A program made the translations under genes and the position numbers. From contig JAEZLW010000175.1 in the NCBI GenBank assembly GCA_023415145.1, positions 3,766-67,765 of the forward strand: a DNA stretch of 64,000 bases. The letters are read 5' to 3'. Shown one piece after another: positions 36,638 to 44,680 of the stretch. Within the stretch, counting starts at the first letter, position 1. Each line of letters opens with the position of its first letter. A model generated the notes under the pieces. The model saw only the letters and a program-made list of their open reading frames with translations, was not told the DNA's origin and did no database searches. The DNA is from Bacillota bacterium. GTDB lineage: Bacteria; Bacillota; Clostridia; Christensenellales; Aristaeellaceae.

Positions 36638-38193
36638 GGGAGATTGCCCATCCCGCCATCCGGCAAGCGTTGAAGCCTGTCAGGCGGCGGGTGCACATCA
36701 GCCATGCGGTGATGCTAGGAAGCATGGGTGTGCTGGCTGCCAGCGTAAGCTTTGCCTCTTTGGCACTTGCGTCCTATTTCATACCCATCCCGCAACTGCA
36801 TTTGTGGGTGGGAGCTGCCGCCTTTGGTATTTTGTTGCTTGCCGTCATTGCCGGACTTGTGCGGCCGGTCTCTTATAAACTGGCGGCCAGGCGCGCGGAT
36901 GCGGGCGGTCTGAAAGAGCGGGTACTTACCGCCCTTACGATCATGGACGATACGCCCATGGCACAGCTATTGCGGGAGGATGCCATCCGGCACTTGAAAA
37001 GCCTGCCCCTGAAGACCGCCATTCCGCTGAAGGCCGGCAAAACGCCACTGATAATGGCGACGATCGTCGCCCTTCTGGCGGCGGGGCTTGTATTGTTTGT
37101 ACCAAACCCTCAAAACGATGTCCTGGCCGGAAGGGAAGCATTTGCAAAGGCCATGGAGAAGCAGGCAAAGGCTGTGGAGGAAGCATTGGAGAAGCTGGAG
37201 GAAGCCCCCTACACGAAGGAAGAGTTAAGCGCGCTTCGGAAGCTGATGGGGGATCTGGCCAGGGAAATCGGAAAATCCACAGAGCCGCAGCAGGCGTACC
37301 TGGCCATGGACAAGGCGCAGCGGGAACTATCGGAATTGCAGAAGACTGCAGCCGACAGGATGAGGCTTCAGGCAGCCCAGGCGTTTTCGCAAAGCGGACT
37401 TACGGACCTGTCCAATGCCTTGTCGCTCAGTGACGCCTCGGCAGCTCAAAAAGCCGCAGCACAGCTATCAAACGCCGGGGCGAACGCAGCCGGTTCCAAC
37501 GCCCTCAAGCAGGCGGCCGACGCCATGCCGGAAGGCGAGCTGAAGGAAGCCGCATCAAAAACCGCCGAAGCGCTGAAAACAGGGGATATGGAAAATGTGA
37601 AGGCAGCGCTGAGTTCGCTAAGCGCAGCTATGCAAAGCACCTGTTCCGGCTCATCACCGGGCAATTCCGGAAACTTGGGGGATATAAACTCCCTGCTGGC
37701 GCAGCTTCGCTCGGCAACGCTATCCGCCTCCCAGGAAAGCTCCGGCCAGGCAGCAGGCTCGGGCAAGGGGTCAGCAAGCGGCCAGGGCAAAGGCAATGGA
37801 CAAGGCACGGGCAGCGGACAGGGGCAGCAGGGCGGTGCCGGCGCGGGCAAGGGCAGCACCAACCTGGATGGAGGGATTACCAAGCCGGGCACAAGCTCCC
37901 AGGGACAGGGGGCCAACGTGCCTGAATACAAACTTTCGCAATATGAGACCATCTATGATCCCACGCGGCTTTCCGGCGCGGATGAGCTGCATCAAACTGC
38001 CGGGTCTGTGGGCGAGGGTGAATCGCAGCAGATACAATTGGGGCAGGGCCTGGGCGATGCGTCCGGCCAGGTGCCCTACCATGAAGTCATCTTCAGTTAT
38101 CAGGATGCGGCGTCCAAGGCCGCTCAGCTGGAATCGCTGCCCGAGGGCATGCAATTATGGGTGGATGGATATTTTCAATCATTGATCGATTGA
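36634..38193 (+). CDS. 519-aa membrane-anchored coiled-coil / low-complexity protein (operon gene 4)
   Basis: Three N-terminal hydrophobic helices, then a long Ala/Glu/Lys/Gln helical region, then a Gly/Ser/Gln tract (GSGKGSASGQGKGNGQGTGSGQGQQGGAGAGKG). The conserved-looking C-terminus is VPYHEVIFSYQDAA...WVDGYFQSL. ATGA overlap with gene 3. Confidence 0.7.
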   Translation: MREIAHPAIRQALKPVRRRVHISHAVMLGSMGVLAASVSFASLALASYFIPIPQLHLWVGAAAFGILLLAVIAGLVRPVSYKLAARRADAGGLKERVLTALTIMDDTPMAQLLREDAIRHLKSLPLKTAIPLKAGKTPLIMATIVALLAAGLVLFVPNPQNDVLAGREAFAKAMEKQAKAVEEALEKLEEAPYTKEELSALRKLMGDLAREIGKSTEPQQAYLAMDKAQRELSELQKTAADRMRLQAAQAFSQSGLTDLSNALSLSDASAAQKAAAQLSNAGANAAGSNALKQAADAMPEGELKEAASKTAEALKTGDMENVKAALSSLSAAMQSTCSGSSPGNSGNLGDINSLLAQLRSATLSASQESSGQAAGSGKGSASGQGKGNGQGTGSGQGQQGGAGAGKGSTNLDGGITKPGTSSQGQGANVPEYKLSQYETIYDPTRLSGADELHQTAGSVGEGESQQIQLGQGLGDASGQVPYHEVIFSYQDAASKAAQLESLPEGMQLWVDGYFQSLID

Positions 38194-38213
38194 TTGAACG
38201 AGGAGGAGATAAA

Positions 38214-39206
38214 ATGCCCACAGCCACTTACGCAGGCAAAGAGGAGATACTGTCTTTTCAAACTACAATGGAGCGTATACGTGGTCAAATTGGCCGTGAG
38301 ATCGTTGGGCAAAAGGATGTCATCGACCATCTGCTGATGGCCCTGGTAACGGGTGGCAATGTTTTGCTGGAGGGAGTGCCGGGGCTTGGCAAAACGCGGC
38401 TGGTAAATGCGCTGGGCCGGGTTTTAAACCTGCCCTTCTCCCGCATCCAGTTTACGCCCGATTTGATGCCCGCCGACATCACCGGCACAAACATCATTGT
38501 GAAAACAGGGGAAGGAAACAGCTTTTCCTTTCAGCCGGGGCCGCTTTTTTCCTCCATCGTGCTGGCGGATGAAATCAACCGGGCTACGCCCAAAACACAG
38601 TCAGCCTTGCTGGAAGCCATGCAGGAGCACAGTGTTACCGTGGGCGGCGTTACGCGCAAGCTTCCCGAACCTTATTTTGTGCTGGCCACGCAAAACCCCA
38701 TTGAGCAGGAGGGCACGTACCCGCTGCCGGAAGCGCAGTTGGACCGCTTTTTGTTCAAGCTCCTTATGCCTTTCCCCACCCTGGCAGAATTGAGTGACAT
38801 TATGGATATGACAGTCACGGCGGAGCCCGAAGCGGCGGATGCGGTGGCCGGAGGTGAGGATATCCTTCTGTTGCGCAGCGTGGCCAGGCAGGTGCCGGTG
38901 GCACGGGCCGTGCAGGATTTTGCATTGAGGCTTGTGCTTTCCACGCACCCGGAGATTCCAGAAAGTCCGGAGCCTGCCCGCAAATACCTGCGCTTTGGGG
39001 CAAGCCCCAGAGCCGGGCAGGCAATGATCAGTACTGCCCGCGTCCGGGCTTTGATGGAGGGCCGCTACAACGTATCCTTTGAGGATATCCGCGCGGTGGC
39101 TCCATCGTGCCTTCGGCACCGGGTGGCGCTGAATTTCGAAGGCCTGGCGGAAGGCCATACGGTGGACGGGCTGATACAAACGCTCATGGACAGCCTCAAA
39201 ACGTAA
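38214..39206 (+). CDS. MoxR-family AAA+ ATPase (operon gene 5)
   Basis: Walker A GVPGLGKT (38373-38396), Walker B VLADEINRA, and QFTPDLMPADITG, which is typical of MoxR (AAA_3). RBS GAGGAGGAG. Confidence 0.92.
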   Translation: MPTATYAGKEEILSFQTTMERIRGQIGREIVGQKDVIDHLLMALVTGGNVLLEGVPGLGKTRLVNALGRVLNLPFSRIQFTPDLMPADITGTNIIVKTGEGNSFSFQPGPLFSSIVLADEINRATPKTQSALLEAMQEHSVTVGGVTRKLPEPYFVLATQNPIEQEGTYPLPEAQLDRFLFKLLMPFPTLAELSDIMDMTVTAEPEAADAVAGGEDILLLRSVARQVPVARAVQDFALRLVLSTHPEIPESPEPARKYLRFGASPRAGQAMISTARVRALMEGRYNVSFEDIRAVAPSCLRHRVALNFEGLAEGHTVDGLIQTLMDSLKT

Positions 39207-39220
39207 CAAGGAGCGGACCC

Positions 39221-40087
39221 ATGCTGAATGATATCATGCTTCACAGGCTGGACGCCCTTCGCCTTGCCATGCAGGCCTATGTGCGCGGCGGGGCAGGAGG
39301 CGTAAGAAAATCCAGGGCGCTGGGGGATTCGGCGGAATTTTCGGATTTTAGGGATTATGCGCCGGGGGATGACCTAAGACGGATCGACTGGAACGCCTAC
39401 GCCAGGTTTGACAAGCTGTTTTTGAAGCTGTTCATGGAAGAGCAGGAAATGCATCTGACGCTGATTCTGGATGCCAGCGCTTCCATGGGCTTTGGCGAGC
39501 CCTCAAAGTGGATGTTTGCGGTTGATGCCGCGCTGATGCTTGCCTATTTGGCCGTATCCGGCGGTGACCGTGTCAGCATAGTGGTGCTGAATGGGGAAAA
39601 GGTGCAAAGGAGCCCTGTGTATGCGGGAAGGCAGGGTTATGTTCAGGCATCGGCCTTCCTTCAGGACATTCGTCCTCAAGGAGCAACCAGCCTCACCCGT
39701 GCCGTGACACGCATCCCCTTAAAGGCTACACGGGGCATGTGTGTTTTGATCAGCGACCTGTTTTCTCAGGATGGCAGCGAGGGCGCTTTGGCATCGATGC
39801 TGTACCGCAAGCAGAAGGTGGTGCTAGCGCAGGTGCTTTCCAAGGATGAGATGGAACCGGATATTAGCGGCGCGCTGCGGCTTGTAGATTCAGAGGGCGG
39901 ACAAAACATGGATGTGACCGTAAACGGGGATCTTTTGCGCAGGTATCATAAGAATTTGGAAGCATTTATCAGCAGCTCGCGGTTGTACTGCCACCGCCAC
40001 GGCATCCCGTTTGTGCTGCTGCGCTCAGACATGGATTTGATGCGTGACGCGCTTGGTCATATGATGCGGGGCGGCATTATTGCCTGA
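39221..40087 (+). CDS. DUF58-family protein (VWA-like; operon gene 6)
   Basis: SAEFSDFRDYAPGDDLRRIDWNAYAR is the DUF58 hallmark, followed by LILDASASM (DxSxS). RBS AAGGAG. Confidence 0.9.
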   Translation: MLNDIMLHRLDALRLAMQAYVRGGAGGVRKSRALGDSAEFSDFRDYAPGDDLRRIDWNAYARFDKLFLKLFMEEQEMHLTLILDASASMGFGEPSKWMFAVDAALMLAYLAVSGGDRVSIVVLNGEKVQRSPVYAGRQGYVQASAFLQDIRPQGATSLTRAVTRIPLKATRGMCVLISDLFSQDGSEGALASMLYRKQKVVLAQVLSKDEMEPDISGALRLVDSEGGQNMDVTVNGDLLRRYHKNLEAFISSSRLYCHRHGIPFVLLRSDMDLMRDALGHMMRGGIIA

Positions 40088-40103
40088 GGGAGGGAGGGAG
40101 CGC

Positions 40104-41903
40104 ATGCAGTTTCTGTACCCTGCGGGTTCATGGGCGCTTACGGGGCTTTTTATCGTACTGGCATTGTACATCCTGCGCAAGGAATACCGGGAGCATACGG
40201 TATCCAGCACGTATCTTTGGCGCAAAACGCTGGAAGATCAAACGGCCAGCAGGCCTTTTCAAAAGCTCAAAAGCAACCTGCTGATGTTTTTGCAATTGCT
40301 TACGGTGCTTCTGCTCGCCTTATCCATCATGCGTCCGCTTGTTCCGGGCAAGCAGGCGGGCGGGGAAACAATCATGATATTCGATGTATCGCTGAGCATG
40401 CAGGCCGCCGCCTCCGGACAAAGCCGCATAAAGCAGGCTGTTTCGGAAGCCAGGCGAATGGTGGAGGGCATGGGTGATGGCGACCGGCTGACGATTTTGA
40501 CTGCCGGCAAAAAGGTGACGCATCATTTGTCACGCTCCTATGACCGGCAGGAAGCTTTCAAGGCACTTAACGCCATTGATGCGGAGAACGGCGAAGCTGA
40601 TGTAAGCGGCGCGCTCTCCCTGGCCAAAGCGATGGGAAGGGAGATTGATAACCTGAACATTGTCGTCTTCTCCGATACCTTTCCAAATCAAGAGGAGGAA
40701 GGCGTAAGGTATGTTGCCGTGGGAGCGGGCGTTGACAATTGCGCTATTCTTTCCTTAACCGCCTCCCAGCGGGAGGAGGGCCTGGCGGCCCTGGCCCGTA
40801 TCGCCAACTACGGTAATGCAAAGAGCATGACCGTCAGGTGCTATGCTGATGGGCAATTGTGTGATGCTCGTACTGTGGAAGTTCAAGAAGGCGCAACGCA
40901 AAGCGTGCGGTTTGCCGTGCCGGATGGCGCTGCGTACATACACACGGAGATCGCTGAGGCTGATGGACTCTTGCAGGATAACCGGCGTCATTTCGTAATG
41001 CGGGAACAAGGAAAAAAGAAAATCGCCCTGATCGGGCGGGACAACATTTTTTTAGAAAAAGCGCTTTTGCAGCGTGGGGATGTGGAGTTGATCCGCACGA
41101 CACTTATGGATGCGCCGTCTTTGACGGATTGCAGCCTGTTTGTATACGACGGGGTACTGCCCGATCCATTGCCGGATAGCGGACCGTTCCTGATCCTTCA
41201 GCCTGGGGCAAAGGTACTGAATGTTACACCGGGCGAAAAAAAAGCGCCGGAATACGCCTTGCACTTGGCTGGCGGTACGCTGGCCAAACAGTTTTCCGAC
41301 CATGTTTCCTTTCAAAATGTGGCGCTCAAACAATACACGCATCTGACGGGAGGTCAGCCGGTTCTTGTATCGGGCGGGGATACACTCATTTCCGCCGGGG
41401 ATGAAAACGGCATCCGGTTTGTTGTCATTGGTTTTGACCTGCATGAAAGCAACTGGGTGCTCAAATATGATTTTCCTATCTTCATGATGCACGCGCTCAA
41501 CTTCCTCATGCCGGATGTACTGTCCGGCGCGGAGGATGCGCTGTGCGGAGATGTTTTGGCGCTGTCCCTGGATGGGCGTACAACGAAGGCTGCGGCCGTG
41601 ACGCCTGCGGGGAAAAGCATCACCCTGGCGCCGCCCTTTCCCGCACAGCCCTTTGTTGACACCGGAGAGGCCGGGCTGTATACCCTTGCCCAGACGCTTT
41701 TGGATGGGAAAACGGAGAATACGAAATTTGTGGTGAATGTAACAACAGCGGAAAGCGATGTACGCAATGTGGCACAAAACACTGGGGAAAACCTGCTGCG
41801 GGCCGGTGTTACGGATTATGGCCGTGAGTTTACCACATTACTGATAATTGCGCTGCTGGCGCTGATGATGGCAGAATGGTGGGTGAGCTGCCGTGCAGGT
41901 TGA
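40104..41903 (+). CDS. BatA-like membrane protein with VWA domain (operon gene 7)
   Basis: N-terminus MQFLYPAGSWALTGLFIVLALYILR..., a second TM, then VWA with MIDAS IMIFDVSLSM. C-terminal TM LLIIALLALMMAEWWV. RBS GGGAGGGAGGGAG. Confidence 0.85.
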   Translation: MQFLYPAGSWALTGLFIVLALYILRKEYREHTVSSTYLWRKTLEDQTASRPFQKLKSNLLMFLQLLTVLLLALSIMRPLVPGKQAGGETIMIFDVSLSMQAAASGQSRIKQAVSEARRMVEGMGDGDRLTILTAGKKVTHHLSRSYDRQEAFKALNAIDAENGEADVSGALSLAKAMGREIDNLNIVVFSDTFPNQEEEGVRYVAVGAGVDNCAILSLTASQREEGLAALARIANYGNAKSMTVRCYADGQLCDARTVEVQEGATQSVRFAVPDGAAYIHTEIAEADGLLQDNRRHFVMREQGKKKIALIGRDNIFLEKALLQRGDVELIRTTLMDAPSLTDCSLFVYDGVLPDPLPDSGPFLILQPGAKVLNVTPGEKKAPEYALHLAGGTLAKQFSDHVSFQNVALKQYTHLTGGQPVLVSGGDTLISAGDENGIRFVVIGFDLHESNWVLKYDFPIFMMHALNFLMPDVLSGAEDALCGDVLALSLDGRTTKAAAVTPAGKSITLAPPFPAQPFVDTGEAGLYTLAQTLLDGKTENTKFVVNVTTAESDVRNVAQNTGENLLRAGVTDYGREFTTLLIIALLALMMAEWWVSCRAG

Positions 41904-44616
41904 GTTTGCATTTCCGTGGACGCTGCTTTTGATACCGGCCTTGTTCGGGCTTGTGGTTGTCCTGTATAAAAAATACGCCTATGGCACCGGCAAGCGCGGA
42001 GCGAGGGCTTATGCCGTTTTGGGCATGCGTTTTGTGGTGACCGCCCTTGCCGTGCTGGCGCTTGCGTCCCCTTCCATTCTTTCACGGTCCTATAAGGCAG
42101 CCACCTGGGTGCTGCTGGACGTGTCAGATTCCACTCTTCCCATGCGTTCCCATATGGAAGCTGCCGTTATCCAAGGGCTTTTAAGTAAGCCAGAGGACCT
42201 GTCCACCGGCGTGATCGCCTTTGGCGGCGACGCCATGGTGGAGGCTCCCCTTTCTCAAAAGACCGTGTTTGTAAAGGCTGAAACATCCGTGGACCCGGAG
42301 CACAGCGACGCCGCCATGGTGCTTGATCTGGCGGGAGCACTGCTCCCTTCGGATGCGGCGGGACGGATGATGCTTGTAAGTGACGGGTGGATCGGCGATA
42401 CGGATGCACAGGCAACCTTGCTCAAGGCACGGGGAATTGCCGTTGATGTCATGAAGTTTTCGGGCTCGCCGGCAGTGGACGCACAAGTGACTCGCCTCAC
42501 ACTGCCATCCAAGGCCTACCAGGGCCAAACGGCCCAGGTGACGGTAGAGATGGATGCTACGGCGGATACCCACGGCACTCTGATCCTTTACGCCAACAGG
42601 CAGCCGGTAAATACCAAGGAGGTTTCGCTGCGGCGGGGGAAAAACACATTTGTATTCCAGGATACCGCGAAAGCCTCCGGGGTGGTCACATACGAAGCCC
42701 AGTTGATCGTGCCTGACGATGAGCAGACGCGCAACAACCGGTTGAGCGCTTATATGGCCGTGACGGGAAAGCCTTTCGTACTCCTCATAGAGGGCAGGGA
42801 AAACGAAAGCCGGGAGATGCAAAAAATCCTTGACGCCGCAGGCTTTGCGTGGGAGACTGCCACCCCTGCCGGAATGCCTCAAAACGCGGAGACGCTGCGC
42901 AAGTATGACGCAGCCGTACTGGTAAACGCCGATGCCGATGCTTTCTCCAAAGATGCGCTATCGGCTTTTGACACCTATGTGAAAACATTGGGCCGTGGCC
43001 TTGTGGTCATCGGCGGCGACCAGAGCTACGCGCTGGGGGGATACCGTGGCAGCAAGCTGGAGGAGATGCTGCCTGTCACCATTGATGTTCGAAACCAGAT
43101 GGACCTTCCGTCGCTGGCGCTGATGCTGGTGATCGACAAATCAGGCTCCATGACCGGCGGACAGTTTGGCACCACACGTCTGGAGGTAGCCAAGGAAGCA
43201 GCCATGCGCGCCGTGGAAGTGCTTACCGGCCGGGATCAGGTGGGTGTGATCGCCTTTGACGACGCGGCAAAATGGGTGGTGCCACTCAATAGCGCCGCAG
43301 ACATAGCTGCCATACAGGTAGCCATAGGCACCATCCGCCCGGGTGGCGGCACGGCCTTTTACACCCCGCTATACGAATCACTGACAGCCTTGATGCATGC
43401 GGATGCAAAGCTCAAGCACGTGATCTTTCTCACCGACGGCGAGGCAGGGGACAACGGGTTTGACCTGCTGGTGCACAACATGGCGCAAAACGGCATTACA
43501 CTGACCACCGTCGCCGTAGGCAGCGGGGCCAACGTGAAAGTGCTCGGCCGCCTGGCGGAAATCGGCAACGGCCGCATCTATACCGCCGGGGAGTTTGACA
43601 ACATCCCCAAGATATTCACGAAGGAAACGTACCTGGTCACCGGCTCCTATGTGCAAAACCGCCTGTTTACGCCTGTGATCACCGAAGCCTCGCCCATGAC
43701 CGACTTTGCTGGCTTTCCCCAATTGTCGGGGTACCTGGCCGCAACGGGAAAGCCGATGGCTACCGTATCCATGGTATCGGACAGGGAGGACCCGCTGCTT
43801 GCCTGGTGGCAATATGGCTCGGGCCGCGTGCTTGCCTGGACGAGCGATGTCAAGGGCGCCTGGACCGGGCAATTCTTGAGGTGGGATCAGGCAACGGCTT
43901 TCTTTTCGGGCCTTGTATCCCATGTGCTGCCCAAGGGCGGTCAGGAAGGCGAGCTGAATGTGGAAATAGCGGGCACCCAGGCGAAGGTGACTTATACCGC
44001 ACCCGACGGTTTAGCGTCCGAGAATTTGGAAACCAGAGCCCATGTCCTTTTGCCCGACGGGAGCGAGGCTGATGTAGCTTTGACGGAAGTCAGGCCGGGG
44101 GAATATGAGGGCAGCTTTGAAGCTCCGCAGCAGGGGGCCTATGCCATCCGTGCTGAGCAGATGCAAAACGGACAAACGGTGAGGCAGTTGGAAGGCGGTG
44201 CTGTACGGTCCTACTCGGAGGAATACGATCTGCGCAAGCAAGGCGGGGAAGATGCCTTGATTCGTTTGGCAAACGCAACGGGCGGGCGGGTTATCACCGA
44301 TCCCAGGGAGATGTTTGCAGCCAGGGGAATGGAGGCACAAAGCAGGCAAATGCTACGCCCGGCGCTTTTGTATCTGTCCCTTCTGCTGTTTTTGCTGGAC
44401 ATCGCACTGCGCAGGCTTTCCCTGGACCGTATGCTGGTAAAAGCGTATGGAAGGGCAAAAGAGAAGGTGGAGTTCTCGTTGGCAAGGCGGCGGGAGGTGC
44501 CGCCGCGGCTTGCGTATACAAGGCGCGGGAAAAAGAAGAATGCGCCTGTTGCCGTTTCCGTATCAGACATGGCAGAAACCATCCTGAAGGCACGGGAGCA
44601 GAAGAAGCATCTATAA
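41893..44616 (+). CDS. 907-aa BatA-N / double-VWA / GATase1-like membrane protein (operon gene 8)
   Basis: GTG start overlapping the gene 7 stop. N-terminus FAFPWTLLLIPALFGLVVVLY. VWA-like 1 (VLLDVSDS). A segment LLIEGRENE...YDAAVLVNADADAF...GRGLVVIGGDQSYALGGY (GATase1-like). VWA 2 with MIDAS LVIDKSGSM and FLTDGE. C-terminal TM LLYLSLLLFLLDIAL and a basic tail. Confidence 0.85.
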   Translation: MQVEFAFPWTLLLIPALFGLVVVLYKKYAYGTGKRGARAYAVLGMRFVVTALAVLALASPSILSRSYKAATWVLLDVSDSTLPMRSHMEAAVIQGLLSKPEDLSTGVIAFGGDAMVEAPLSQKTVFVKAETSVDPEHSDAAMVLDLAGALLPSDAAGRMMLVSDGWIGDTDAQATLLKARGIAVDVMKFSGSPAVDAQVTRLTLPSKAYQGQTAQVTVEMDATADTHGTLILYANRQPVNTKEVSLRRGKNTFVFQDTAKASGVVTYEAQLIVPDDEQTRNNRLSAYMAVTGKPFVLLIEGRENESREMQKILDAAGFAWETATPAGMPQNAETLRKYDAAVLVNADADAFSKDALSAFDTYVKTLGRGLVVIGGDQSYALGGYRGSKLEEMLPVTIDVRNQMDLPSLALMLVIDKSGSMTGGQFGTTRLEVAKEAAMRAVEVLTGRDQVGVIAFDDAAKWVVPLNSAADIAAIQVAIGTIRPGGGTAFYTPLYESLTALMHADAKLKHVIFLTDGEAGDNGFDLLVHNMAQNGITLTTVAVGSGANVKVLGRLAEIGNGRIYTAGEFDNIPKIFTKETYLVTGSYVQNRLFTPVITEASPMTDFAGFPQLSGYLAATGKPMATVSMVSDREDPLLAWWQYGSGRVLAWTSDVKGAWTGQFLRWDQATAFFSGLVSHVLPKGGQEGELNVEIAGTQAKVTYTAPDGLASENLETRAHVLLPDGSEADVALTEVRPGEYEGSFEAPQQGAYAIRAEQMQNGQTVRQLEGGAVRSYSEEYDLRKQGGEDALIRLANATGGRVITDPREMFAARGMEAQSRQMLRPALLYLSLLLFLLDIALRRLSLDRMLVKAYGRAKEKVEFSLARRREVPPRLAYTRRGKKKNAPVAVSVSDMAETILKAREQKKHL

Positions 44617-44617
44617 A

Positions 44618-44654
44618 CAAGGCGCCCCGTCTCTTTCGAGCATGGGGCGCCTTG
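44618..44654. terminator. bidirectional terminator hairpin
   Basis: 11-bp stem CAAGGCGCCCC / GGGGCGCCTTG. Lies between the convergent gene 8 (stop 44616) and the SBP gene (stop 44681). Confidence 0.7.
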
Positions 44655-44680
44655 CATTATGGATTAAGATTGTCAACCGG

